Part shown: positions 8,799 to 17,917 of the stretch, piece after piece
Position numbering within the stretch: position 1 is the stretch's first letter
How the letters are laid out: each line of letters starts with the position of its first letter
Origin: Escherichia phage MN04
Sequence record: MT129654.1
Reading direction: 5' to 3' (one strand)
Length of the DNA stretch: 64,000 nucleotides
Notes under the pieces: generated by a model
The model's database searches: none
Seen by the model: the letters and a program-made list of their open reading frames with translations, nothing else
What the model was told of the DNA's origin: nothing
Made by a program: the position numbers and the translations under genes

Positions 8799-10616
8799 AT
8801 GATTAAGAATGAAATTAAAGTACTGTCCGACATTGAACATATCAAAAAACGTAGTGGGATGTATATTGGCTCAAGTGCTAATGAAGCTCACGGTCGATTC
8901 CTGTTTGGTAATTTTACCCAGGTGAACTATGTTCCAGGGCTAGTTAAATTAATTGACGAAATCATTGATAACTCTGTCGATGAAGCTATTCGTACCAATT
9001 TTAAATTTGCAAATAAAATCGATGTTCAAATTAAGAATAATCAGGTTTCAGTTTCTGATAATGGCCGTGGTATTCCTCAAGCAATGGTTACCGACCAAAA
9101 CGGTGAACAAATTCCGGGCCCTGTAGCTGCATGGACTATTCCAAAGGCCGGTGGTAACTTTGGAGATGACGCCGAGCGTAAAACAGGCGGCATGAACGGT
9201 GTTGGTAGTAGTTTAACTAATATCTTCTCTGTTTTGTTCACAGGCATCACCTCTGATGGTGAGAATGAGATTACTGTTAACTGTTCCAACGGAATGGAAA
9301 ACAAAGGTTGGTCTACTAAGAAATCTAAAGGTAAGGGTACTTCGGTTATATTCACCCCAGACTTTAACCATTTCGAAGAAAATAGTCTGTCCCAAATTTA
9401 TCTGGATATTACATTAGACCGTCTTCAAACACTGGCCGTAATTTATCCAGATATCCAATTTACTTTTAATGGTAAAAAAGTAGATGGCAACTTTAAAAAG
9501 TATGCTAAGCAATTTGGTGAAGACTTTGTAATCCAAGAAACCGATAATGTTTCGATGGCATTTACTCCTTCTCCGGACGGGTTCCGTCAACTGACGTATG
9601 TAAACAATATCCATACTAAGAACGGTGGTCACCACGTTGAATGTGTGTTTGATGATATCTGTGAGCACCTTCTGCCTGGTATTAAAAAGAAATATAAAGG
9701 AATCGAAGTAACTAAGGCTCGTGTTAAAGAATGCCTTACTATGGTAATGTTCATTCGTGATATGAGCAATATGCGTTTTGATTCGCAGACTAAAGAGCGA
9801 TTAACCTCTCCGTTTGGCGAGATTCGTAACCATATCCAAATTGATGCTAAGAAAATTGCAACGGCTATTCTTAAGGTCGATGGGTTGATTATGCCTATCG
9901 TCGAAGCCGCTTTAGCACGTAAACTCGCTGCCGAAAAAGCCGCCGAAACAAAAGCTGCTAAGAAAGCTTTGAAAGCCAAGGTCCATAAGCATATTAAAGC
10001 CAATATGTATGGCAAAGATGCTGATACGACTTTATTCCTTACGGAAGGTGATTCTGCAATGGGTCCTTTCATTGAAGTTCGTAATAAAGACCTCCAAGGT
10101 GGTTATCCGTTACGCGGAAAGGTTATGAATACCTGGGGTATGACTGCTGCTGATATCATGAAGAACAAAGAATTGTTTGATATCTGTGCAATCACTGGAC
10201 TGGTTATTGGTGAACCTGCAGATAAAACCAACTATCGTAATATCGCTATCATGACTGACGCCGATGTGGATGGTACTGGTTCGATTTATCCTTCGTTATT
10301 AGCTTTCTTTAGTCAGTGGCCGGAATTGTTTGAACAGGGACGAATTCGTTTCTGTAAGACTCCTGTAATCATTGCTCAGGTTGGTAAAGAACAGGAATGG
10401 TTCTATGATGTACCTAGTTATACCAAAGCTAAGGACTCTCTACCAAAACATTCCATTCGATATATTAAAGGTTTAGGTTCTCTTGAGAAAGCTGAATATC
10501 GTCGAATGATTCAAGACCCTAAATTTGATGTGGTTCAATTACCTGAAGATTGGAAAGAACAGTTCGAAATGCTCCTAGGGAATGACCCACAGCTGCGTAA
10601 GGCTTGGATGTCATAA
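8799..10616 (+). CDS. 39: DNA topoisomerase II large (ATPase) subunit, single fused 39/60-type ORF
   Basis: 605 aa; GHKL ATPase motif DNGRGIP, Toprim EGDSA; uninterrupted, unlike T4 where the C-terminal part is the separate gene 60. Confidence 0.9.
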   Translation: MIKNEIKVLSDIEHIKKRSGMYIGSSANEAHGRFLFGNFTQVNYVPGLVKLIDEIIDNSVDEAIRTNFKFANKIDVQIKNNQVSVSDNGRGIPQAMVTDQNGEQIPGPVAAWTIPKAGGNFGDDAERKTGGMNGVGSSLTNIFSVLFTGITSDGENEITVNCSNGMENKGWSTKKSKGKGTSVIFTPDFNHFEENSLSQIYLDITLDRLQTLAVIYPDIQFTFNGKKVDGNFKKYAKQFGEDFVIQETDNVSMAFTPSPDGFRQLTYVNNIHTKNGGHHVECVFDDICEHLLPGIKKKYKGIEVTKARVKECLTMVMFIRDMSNMRFDSQTKERLTSPFGEIRNHIQIDAKKIATAILKVDGLIMPIVEAALARKLAAEKAAETKAAKKALKAKVHKHIKANMYGKDADTTLFLTEGDSAMGPFIEVRNKDLQGGYPLRGKVMNTWGMTAADIMKNKELFDICAITGLVIGEPADKTNYRNIAIMTDADVDGTGSIYPSLLAFFSQWPELFEQGRIRFCKTPVIIAQVGKEQEWFYDVPSYTKAKDSLPKHSIRYIKGLGSLEKAEYRRMIQDPKFDVVQLPEDWKEQFEMLLGNDPQLRKAWMS

Positions 10617-10658
10617 TAAATACGTACGGTACATGAGTACCGTATAAAAGGAGACTTT

Positions 10659-10820
10659 ATGAGAAAGTACTGGGTTACGCTCGTCACAGGTGAATATGGT
10701 TATCTCTGGACAGATACACGTCCTCTTTTTGCAGAGTACGTTACTATCACAGTTGAAACATGGGACGGCGAAGTTTACCAAACCCGTGGTCAAGTTTATA
10801 GAGTCGATTCAAGCAACTAA
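10659..10820 (+). CDS. Hypothetical small protein
   Basis: 53-aa ORF below track cutoff, SD aaaggag before ATG, followed by terminator. Confidence 0.3.
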   Translation: MRKYWVTLVTGEYGYLWTDTRPLFAEYVTITVETWDGEVYQTRGQVYRVDSSN

Positions 10821-10824
10821 TTAA

Positions 10825-10846
10825 GGGCCGCAAGGCCCTTTTTTGG
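10825..10846 (+). terminator. Rho-independent terminator
   Basis: gggccgcaaggccc hairpin followed by tttttt. Confidence 0.7.
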
Positions 10847-10895
10847 GGTTTACAACAGATTAAAAGTGTGATACGATTCTCTAAGAGGTGAGAAT

Positions 10896-11219
10896 ATGAT
10901 TATGCAAGATAATAGTATAGTGAACACTGGCAACTTGGCTTTGTCTTTTATGGAGACCGCAATTCGCAATTGTAAAGACGAAGGAGTAGTGATTACAAGC
11001 GGCAAGGGACTAGAATATCTCAAGGCTGTAAAATCTATTGCCTTAAAGATTAAAGATAACCAGGCGCTCTCTCCTGTTGTCCAGGAAAAGGTTCTAGAGA
11101 TATTGTATCGCCACAGAGAGCACAAAAGTACAATGGGTTCTATGAGAAGAATTCTGGCTGAACTAGGTTCTACCAGAGAATATGTTCAACATGAGGTAGT
11201 TAAAAATGACAAACTTTAA
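10896..11219 (+). CDS. Hypothetical protein (rIIA.1 position)
   Basis: 107-aa ORF immediately upstream of rIIA. Confidence 0.4.
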   Translation: MIMQDNSIVNTGNLALSFMETAIRNCKDEGVVITSGKGLEYLKAVKSIALKIKDNQALSPVVQEKVLEILYRHREHKSTMGSMRRILAELGSTREYVQHEVVKNDKL

Positions 11220-11409
11220 AGTCAACATTGATTTGTTTGATAAAGCTGTCCACAAAGAATTCCGGCTAATCCAGAGATTTTTTGATATCAATGCAGCTGA
11301 AGATTTTAAAGAACGCTTTAAAGAAATCAGATATAAAATACTCAACGACATCGCTACTAAGGAAGAGCTCCTTGAAGTAGCAGATATTTTTAAACGTAAC
11401 CTGAATTGA
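11206..11409 (+). CDS. Hypothetical protein
   Basis: 67-aa ORF overlapping previous stop. Confidence 0.35.
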   Translation: MTNFKVNIDLFDKAVHKEFRLIQRFFDINAAEDFKERFKEIRYKILNDIATKEELLEVADIFKRNLN

Positions 11410-11416
11410 GAAAAAT

Positions 11417-13627
11417 ATGATTATTGAAACCGAAAAAGAACAAATCATTGGCAACGGCTCTAAGTCCACAGGATTTACTATCCAGGCTTCGCCTAAGGTC
11501 TTTAAAATTCTTTCATCAGACCTTTATAGTAATAAGGTACGTGCCGTAGTTCGTGAACTAATTACCAACATGATTGATGCTCATATTCTGAATGGTAATA
11601 AAGAACGTTGGAAAGTACAGGTTCCTGGTAAGCTCGACCCTCGCTTTGTGTGCCGTGATTTCGGCCCAGGTATGAGCGATTTCCAGATTCGTGGTGATGA
11701 AAACGAAACCGGTTTGTATAACTCTTATTTCGCATCATCTAAAACTGCTTCTAATGATTTCATCGGCGGCTTTGGCCTTGGTTCAAAATCTCCGTTCAGT
11801 TATACCGAAACGTTTAATATTACCTCATGGCACAATGGCGAAGTTCGCGGTTATGTAGCTTATATGGATGGTGATGGGCCGCAGATTAAACCTACTTTCG
11901 TAGAACCTATGCAGCCAGGTGATAAAACAGGTATCGAAATCACGGTTCCTGTCGATGAAGAAGATTTCCGTAAGTTTGAAACTGAAGTTCGATATATCAT
12001 GCGTCCGTTCATTGGACTTGGCGATGTTGACGGTGTTGAAGTTGATTATTTCCCTGAATTTGAAGACTACTATCCTGTAACCACTACAAATTATGGCAGC
12101 TTCGAACGTTCAGGACTTTATGCAGTTTATGGTGGTATTGTTTATCCATTGGATTCTGCTTATAATAAAGGCACATGGATGCGTACTCGCCATGATGTAG
12201 TTTATATTAAGTTCCCTATGGGTTCGCTGGATATTGCTCCGTCTCGTGAAGTGTTGTCTCTTGATAAACGTACGATGGAAAATATTGCAACCCGTATCGA
12301 AGCACTGGATGCAGTGGTCTTTAAAAACGATACACAAGAATGGGTTGAATCTGATAATCCACGCCATGTTTATCGCGACCTTTCTAACCTTGGTTACAGT
12401 GCTCGTGACTATCTTACCAAAAAAGGTGGGACTAGCCTGTTTACTACAGAAAAATTGACATATGAGAAATTATACCAACGTTACACACTTCAAAACGACC
12501 TTATTAATTTAGGTGTGGTTTACGAAATCGTTTCAGACCCACGTTTGAAACGAATTAAGCCGAGTGGTAATACTTCTTCGGTGGCAGGACTTAGTAGCCT
12601 ATTAGGCATTAATAATAAAGAAATCCATATTGTTTATGATGATGAAAAGGGTCGTGTGCCACTAGTTCGAGGACTTTGGGCTCTGGCAATGGACAACAGT
12701 GCTTCGGCTAAGAAAATTGTTAAAGAGAACAATATTCCTAAATACGGAACCGACCTTATTTTTGTCGACCCAAATTCAATGCTGCAAATGCAACAACTTG
12801 AAAAGGTTAAAGAACTTTTTAAAGGTGACACTATTCATTTTTATAAAGTCTCTGAACTGAATAAAATTGTTAAGCCATGGATTCCGGTTACTGTCCGTTC
12901 ATCAGAACCTCGTCCTAAAACACCAAGTGCTTATCGTTGGTTCATTAAAGACGGACGTTGGCAACAAGAGACCTTGTACTTAACTGCTGCAGAAGCAGAA
13001 GAAATTACAGGGTACGTATTGTTTGGTAGTCGTTCTGATATCATGGGAATGGACGAAGCTTATGGTATCTTTGACATCAACACCACTACCATGTGTCGTA
13101 TGGCTAATTTGATTGGTGCTACCGAATTCCATATCATTCGTCCTCAAATTGCCAAAAAGATTAAAAAGTTAGGCCAATGTGAATGCTTGATGGAAACCAC
13201 GTTAGAAGCTTATGCCCAAGCCTTAGACGAAGTAGATGTTGACGATTACCTTGGTAGTAACACCCGTGCAAGATATTATCTTGAAATCATTGCCAAGTTC
13301 CCTGAGCTAGGTTTCATGACCAAGTATTTCAGTGATAAGCCGGTGTCTGAAGCATATACTCGTCTGAGCAATTTCTATGATATATTCCGTTATATGAATT
13401 TCCATGGCTATATCACTGATGACAAGCTTTCAGTTATCAAGAAAATTTGTAACACGACGTTCTATACGTTAACCGAAAATGCTTCAAGTAACAATGATAA
13501 AATGACTATACAGTTTGAATCTGATTACCATTTAGTTTCGGACTACATGTATCGTCGTGGAACATCCATTACCGAGGCTTCTGTAGCTCAAATCGTTAAA
13601 TTCATGAAAGCCGTGGAAGCGGCTTAA
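11417..13627 (+). CDS. rIIA: rIIA rapid-lysis / RexAB-exclusion protein
   Basis: 736 aa; N-terminus MIIETEKEQIIGNGSKSTGFTIQASPKVFKILSSDLYSNKVRAVVRELITNMIDAH matches T4 RIIA as remembered; followed by rIIB. Confidence 0.92.
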   Translation: MIIETEKEQIIGNGSKSTGFTIQASPKVFKILSSDLYSNKVRAVVRELITNMIDAHILNGNKERWKVQVPGKLDPRFVCRDFGPGMSDFQIRGDENETGLYNSYFASSKTASNDFIGGFGLGSKSPFSYTETFNITSWHNGEVRGYVAYMDGDGPQIKPTFVEPMQPGDKTGIEITVPVDEEDFRKFETEVRYIMRPFIGLGDVDGVEVDYFPEFEDYYPVTTTNYGSFERSGLYAVYGGIVYPLDSAYNKGTWMRTRHDVVYIKFPMGSLDIAPSREVLSLDKRTMENIATRIEALDAVVFKNDTQEWVESDNPRHVYRDLSNLGYSARDYLTKKGGTSLFTTEKLTYEKLYQRYTLQNDLINLGVVYEIVSDPRLKRIKPSGNTSSVAGLSSLLGINNKEIHIVYDDEKGRVPLVRGLWALAMDNSASAKKIVKENNIPKYGTDLIFVDPNSMLQMQQLEKVKELFKGDTIHFYKVSELNKIVKPWIPVTVRSSEPRPKTPSAYRWFIKDGRWQQETLYLTAAEAEEITGYVLFGSRSDIMGMDEAYGIFDINTTTMCRMANLIGATEFHIIRPQIAKKIKKLGQCECLMETTLEAYAQALDEVDVDDYLGSNTRARYYLEIIAKFPELGFMTKYFSDKPVSEAYTRLSNFYDIFRYMNFHGYITDDKLSVIKKICNTTFYTLTENASSNNDKMTIQFESDYHLVSDYMYRRGTSITEASVAQIVKFMKAVEAA

Positions 13628-13641
13628 TCTAAGGAAATATT

Positions 13642-14610
13642 ATGTACAATATTAAATGTCTATCCGAATCTGAACAGGTTGAAATCGTTAAGTTATATAT
13701 TTCTGGTAATTATACCCAACAAGAACTAGCCGACTGGTATAGTGTATCAGTTGATACAATCCGCAGAGTTTTGAATAACCATAAAGAAGCAGGACAAGCA
13801 CAAGTGGTTATTACCGGAAATATTACGGTAACGGTTCCTAACGAGCCTCGTGTAGTTCCGGTTGAAGTTACTATTGGTGGCTCTCGTCCGGAAATTATCT
13901 GGAACGCCAGTTCTAAATTCGTATCCATCACTGAAGGTCGTACAGTATGGAATACTACTAATAAGAACAAACACTTTGATGCCATCGTACAGGCCCTTAA
14001 AGAATCCCGTTTTGATGATGCGATTAAACTGATTTCCATTAAAGAAGCTGTTAAGGCTTTCGTTAAAGGTAACGTTCGTATTGAAGGTGGACGTCTGGTT
14101 TATCAAGGTATCGAATTGCGTTCAGGGTTGATTGACCGTATTATCACCTCAATGGAAAATGGCGAAGATTTTGAATTCTACCTGCCGTTCCTTGAGAATC
14201 TGTTAGAAAACCCAAGCGAAAAAGCTGTACAGCGTCTGTTCGACTTCCTGGTCGCGAACGATATCAAAATCACTGAAGACGGCCACTTTATCGCATGGAA
14301 AGTTGTTAATTCCGATTACACCGACTGCCGTACTGGTACGTTTGATAACTCGCCAGGTAAGCCAGTTAAAATGCCTCGTTCGCGTGTAAATGATGACGAC
14401 GAAGTAACTTGTTCAAGTGGTCTGCACGTTTGCTCTCGTAGCTATATTGGTCATTTTGGTAACTCTAACTGTAAAGTAGTTTCATGCAAAGTTAACCCGC
14501 GTGATGTTGTTAGTATCCCAGTTGATTATGGTGATGCTAAAATGCGTGTATGTTATTATGAAGTTCTGGAAGACGTCACTGAACAGTTCGCAAACGAATA
14601 CAAATACTAA
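13642..14610 (+). CDS. rIIB: rIIB protein
   Basis: 322 aa directly downstream of rIIA; size and synteny as in T4 (312 aa). Confidence 0.85.
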   Translation: MYNIKCLSESEQVEIVKLYISGNYTQQELADWYSVSVDTIRRVLNNHKEAGQAQVVITGNITVTVPNEPRVVPVEVTIGGSRPEIIWNASSKFVSITEGRTVWNTTNKNKHFDAIVQALKESRFDDAIKLISIKEAVKAFVKGNVRIEGGRLVYQGIELRSGLIDRIITSMENGEDFEFYLPFLENLLENPSEKAVQRLFDFLVANDIKITEDGHFIAWKVVNSDYTDCRTGTFDNSPGKPVKMPRSRVNDDDEVTCSSGLHVCSRSYIGHFGNSNCKVVSCKVNPRDVVSIPVDYGDAKMRVCYYEVLEDVTEQFANEYKY

Positions 14611-14648
14611 ATCAATAAACGGAGGCTCCGGCCTCCTAAGAGGAAATT

Positions 14649-14846
14649 ATGTTAGATTACCAAGCACGTGTAATTGATGAATATGCCCAACTGGTCTTGA
14701 AAATTAATGCACTTGAAGAGTTTATTAAAGGCGTCGTTTTTGAAACTCTTGATATCCGTCAACAAGGGTTACTGATTGCACAACTGGATGCAATGGGTGC
14801 ATATGCTCATTGTTTAGAGGTTCGTATTTCTTATTTCGGTGAGTAA
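14649..14846 (+). CDS. Hypothetical protein
   Basis: 65-aa ORF; hairpin ggaggctccggcctcc at 14621-14636 overlaps its SD. Confidence 0.35.
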   Translation: MLDYQARVIDEYAQLVLKINALEEFIKGVVFETLDIRQQGLLIAQLDAMGAYAHCLEVRISYFGE

Positions 14847-14847
14847 A

Positions 14848-15165
14848 ATGATTAATTTCATGAACGTCGGCGACGAAGATATCAAAGATAGTTATCTCCA
14901 AGGTAATCATGTGGCCGATAAGGTTTATTGTGTGGATGTAATCAAATCTGATAAAGCTACAGGCCATCTTTTTGCAACAGATGTGATTTTCGATTCAGTT
15001 GAAAACCTTAAAAAATTAGACCACAGTAAATTGAGTGAAAACTCTCGTATCTATTTTGGTAATGTTCACGTCGAAGAATTGTATATTGGTGGTGATTATG
15101 AATCCGTCAAATCCGGGACTAGTTCGACTGTCGAAGATGCCGACATTTACCCTGAAGACATCTGA
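14848..15165 (+). CDS. Hypothetical protein (D-region)
   Basis: 105-aa ORF from ATG 14848; 3' end overlaps next ORF in another frame. Confidence 0.35.
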   Translation: MINFMNVGDEDIKDSYLQGNHVADKVYCVDVIKSDKATGHLFATDVIFDSVENLKKLDHSKLSENSRIYFGNVHVEELYIGGDYESVKSGTSSTVEDADIYPEDI

Positions 15166-15178
15166 TTTAACGGGTGAA

Positions 15179-15655
15179 ATGAAGGTCAAGATTAAGGATA
15201 CCGTATTGTATTCCTTAAGCCAGGACCCATCCCAAGATAAGAAAGAAGTATTGACTCGGTGTGTTATTGCAACGTATGCAGAGTACATGGTGGCTGATTG
15301 GTTGAAAGGATATGTCAACAGTGGTCTGGAAGACCATGACGACCCTTATACCTACGCCTGGGACGTTTTAGCCCATCCTATGTACTGTGGACTACGTGTA
15401 GAGGTCAAGACCCACCAATCTGATTCTAAGTGGATTTCCTGCACTACAGGATACTCAGGTGACTTCCCTTATGGAACAGGGATAAACCTAGGACCGCTCT
15501 TGAATCATAAAGTTGCAGACTGTATAATTATATTCGACACTTCAGTAAATGAGGCAGGCGACGTCCTGTTCACTCCTAAGTTCTCTGGTGACAGAGAATC
15601 CATCAAAAAGCTAGTCCGTAAGAGTAATTACAACGGCTGGTATCTCGCCTTATAA
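15179..15655 (+). CDS. Hypothetical protein (region where T4 has denB; identity unverified)
   Basis: 158-aa ORF from ATG 15179 (track ORF begins at GTG 15035 inside the previous ORF). Confidence 0.3.
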   Translation: MKVKIKDTVLYSLSQDPSQDKKEVLTRCVIATYAEYMVADWLKGYVNSGLEDHDDPYTYAWDVLAHPMYCGLRVEVKTHQSDSKWISCTTGYSGDFPYGTGINLGPLLNHKVADCIIIFDTSVNEAGDVLFTPKFSGDRESIKKLVRKSNYNGWYLAL

Positions 15656-15669
15656 TTTTAAAAATAAGT

Positions 15670-15699
15670 GTTTACATACACCATGGATGGTGTTACTAT
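15670..15699 (+). promoter_or_regulatory. T4-type early promoter
   Basis: GTTTAC 15670-15675, TACTAT 15694-15699; palindrome caccatggatggtg in spacer. Confidence 0.55.
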
Positions 15700-15730
15700 C
15701 TTCCTATCAACTACATGAGAGGAAAACAAA

Positions 15731-15991
15731 ATGGATATCAAATTATATTACGCTAAACACAAAGTTACGGGTAAAGTTGTTGCCGCAATGTACGATGCAT
15801 CAGGTGAAGATGTTATTACGGAATTATCCCTTTCTAATTGTAGATTTCTTCGTCCTTTGATAGCGTCAAAAAAAGATTTACAAAAACTTATCGACGGTAA
15901 ATTAGATAATGTCGATGATATAGATATCCATTATGAACTCCGCCATGCACTGAATGATGGGTTTATGGAAATAAAAGAGCTAGTATTATGA
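15731..15991 (+). CDS. Hypothetical protein
   Basis: 86-aa ORF with SD gagagg upstream. Confidence 0.4.
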   Translation: MDIKLYYAKHKVTGKVVAAMYDASGEDVITELSLSNCRFLRPLIASKKDLQKLIDGKLDNVDDIDIHYELRHALNDGFMEIKELVL

Positions 15992-16081
15992 GTAGCAAAA
16001 TGTGGTGCCTTATTTGGATAGCCTGTATCCCAGTGATTTGCGTATGTTTTAGTTTATTGTTGTGGAAATTGGCATAAATCA

Positions 16082-16110
16082 GTATACATCTCCATTAGAC
16101 ATGATATTAT
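16082..16110 (+). promoter_or_regulatory. Early promoter variant (GTATAC -35) embedded in an 11-bp inverted repeat
   Basis: GTATAC 16082-16087, TATTAT 16105-16110; arms atctccattag (16088-16098) / ctaatggagat (16122-16132). Confidence 0.5.
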
Positions 16111-16130
16111 AGACCTATCAACTAATGGAG

Positions 16131-16247
16131 ATGATTATGAAAAACTTACTTAAAGCAATTTGGAACATGTTTGTGTTATTGGTTGTATTGAGCATTTTCC
16201 CAATAGTTTTTATGATTGACCATGTACGTGTATTCTTTAACTTCTGA
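16131..16247 (+). CDS. Hypothetical small hydrophobic peptide
   Basis: 38-aa ORF (MIMKNLLKAIWNMFVLLVVLSIFPIVFMIDH...), predicted single TM helix. Confidence 0.3.
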   Translation: MIMKNLLKAIWNMFVLLVVLSIFPIVFMIDHVRVFFNF

Positions 16248-16257
16248 GGAAAATATT

Positions 16258-16404
16258 ATGGGTAATCGAATTTATAAAGTAAAGTTGCATGGTAAAGTGA
16301 TTACTACCGTTAGTTTTAATTTTTATATCAGCGCTGACTGCGCCCGCGATATCCTCATCGAGGAAGGATATAGCGAATACATCCAAATTGAAGAAGTTCT
16401 TTAA
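16258..16404 (+). CDS. Hypothetical small protein
   Basis: 48-aa ORF from ATG 16258 preceded by stereotyped leader ctgaggaaaatattatg. Confidence 0.3.
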   Translation: MGNRIYKVKLHGKVITTVSFNFYISADCARDILIEEGYSEYIQIEEVL

Positions 16405-16420
16405 TTCTGAGGAAAATATT

Positions 16421-16645
16421 ATGAAACTTTTTAAAGATATCGCAGTTGGTGAAAAATTTGTCTTAGGTAATGGTCAACAATTGATTCGCATTTCTCCTTT
16501 AATGGATAATAGTGAGCGGCCCATTCGTACTGAAAACTGTTTGGATTATCCTTTTTATCAAAAGCGTTTTGCTATTGAAAATAATACCGAGTGTTTCACG
16601 GTTGATGAACTGATGGAATTATCAGAAGAAGTCGACTCTGAATAA
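16421..16645 (+). CDS. Hypothetical small protein
   Basis: 74-aa ORF from ATG 16421 preceded by ctgaggaaaatattatg. Confidence 0.35.
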   Translation: MKLFKDIAVGEKFVLGNGQQLIRISPLMDNSERPIRTENCLDYPFYQKRFAIENNTECFTVDELMELSEEVDSE

Positions 16646-16659
16646 TTGAGGAAAATATT

Positions 16660-17004
16660 ATGTCTAAAGTATTTTTTGGTAATTCTAAAGTTATGTTCTT
16701 TGAGCAACTCAGTCTTAAAGAGGCATTGGCAGCCTTCAATCAAGAACTGGTTACTGGGTTAGATTCAAAAACTATGGCAAGTGCGGATTTCGTTTTCGTT
16801 CAAGACCCGGATACAGGGTTTTATCGATTCATCAAATTCCGTATGAGCATGGACCCTGACTATCGTAGTGCTTACTATGTGAGTTACGAAAATGTTATCG
16901 AAGAATTACGTGATACCTATGGACGTGCTTTGAACCCACTGAATAAGGTTTATAATGCGTCCTTTTATACGAGCGGATTTATTTTAGAACAGCTACAAAA
17001 ATAG
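16660..17004 (+). CDS. Hypothetical protein
   Basis: 114-aa ORF preceded by ttgaggaaaatattatg. Confidence 0.4.
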   Translation: MSKVFFGNSKVMFFEQLSLKEALAAFNQELVTGLDSKTMASADFVFVQDPDTGFYRFIKFRMSMDPDYRSAYYVSYENVIEELRDTYGRALNPLNKVYNASFYTSGFILEQLQK

Positions 17005-17032
17005 TTTACAACCTCGAGAATCATGTTATAAT
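17004..17032 (+). promoter_or_regulatory. T4-type early promoter
   Basis: GTTTAC 17004-17009, TATAAT 17027-17032 within near-palindrome cgagaatcatgttataatggttctcg. Confidence 0.6.
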
Positions 17033-17081
17033 GGTTCTCGTTGACTGGATAACAAAACATTAATCTACTGAGGAAATTGAT

Positions 17082-17531
17082 ATGAATACTTATATGACTC
17101 GCGGTAACGTTCTGTCTGCTGGTGCTACTACTGTTGCTTATGTTAAGAATGGCGAATACCAAAATGGTAAGCCTTCTAAAGAAATCTCAGCCCAGCCAGG
17201 CTTCTACTTCTTTGTTAAAGGTGAAGCAGATTCTCGTGTCGTAGCCGCTCGCTTTTATGTCGGCAACCAACGTTCAGCTCAAGGTCTTGATGGTATTGTG
17301 GCTAACATTCGTAAGAAACGTTCGCAATCAGCTCGTACTATGGCTGTGAATGGTGTAGTGTATGAAGTTCTTTATGTACCTGCTTCTAAAATGAAACCAC
17401 TGACTACAGGTTTTGGTAAGGGTCAAATTGCAATGGCTTTCACTCGCAACCATAGTTCCGACCTTCAGACCCTGGAAGAAATGAACCGCATGTTGGCTGA
17501 TAACTTTAAATTCGTTCTGCAGGCTTACTAA
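17082..17531 (+). CDS. ndd: Ndd nucleoid disruption protein
   Basis: 149 aa; C-terminal half (FYVGNQRS ... [17 protein letters not shown] ... [20 protein letters not shown]) matches T4 Ndd as remembered. Confidence 0.9.
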
Positions 17532-17608
17532 TGAGCAATTTCCATAACGAACATGTGATGCAGTTCTATCGTAACAATCTTAAAACTAAAGGCGTCTTCG
17601 GACGCTAA
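17531..17608 (+). CDS. stp: Stp peptide (suppressor of three-prime phosphatase; modulator of host PrrC/EcoprrI)
   Basis: 25-codon [28 protein letters not shown], matching the T4 Stp peptide as remembered; start overlaps ndd stop (TAATG). Confidence 0.75.
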
Positions 17609-17618
17609 TGAGGAAAAT

Positions 17619-17780
17619 ATGATTATCCTAGTTTTTATTGAACTTATTATGGCTATGGTTTGTTCAGTTTGCTTCTTTTTAGGTGTATGGACCCCTGGTC
17701 CGGTATTCTTAAGTTTTCTGTTTATTGGCTGGGTTCTTTCTACTTTTGTCGGTTTACTTAAGACGATTAAAAATGATTAA
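17619..17780 (+). CDS. Small membrane protein (Ac-like by position)
   Basis: 53-aa hydrophobic ORF preceded by gaggaaaatatg; position between stp and gene 52 as for T4 ac. Confidence 0.4.
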   Translation: MIILVFIELIMAMVCSVCFFLGVWTPGPVFLSFLFIGWVLSTFVGLLKTIKND

Positions 17781-17917
17781 GAAAATCTTGGGCTACTCGG
17801 TAGCCCTTGCTGCTTTATTGGTAGCACTGTATTATGGAGTAATATTCGGTCTTATCCAAGTTGTGCTTTTTATTTCCGATGTTATTATGGTTATTCATTC
17901 ACTAGTATGGTAAAATT

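Noticed and set aside
10617-10895. Looked for a gene 60-style 50-nt translational bypass (take-off GGA, stop, hairpin, landing GGA) after gene 39
   Set aside because: Gene 39 continues uninterrupted through the gp60-equivalent region; the hairpin at 10625-10646 lies after the stop codon and is followed by an unrelated small ORF.
12110-12831. ORFs 12110-12367(-), 12234-12458(+), 12634-12831(-) inside rIIA
   Set aside because: Lie within or antisense to the rIIA coding sequence; no start signals.
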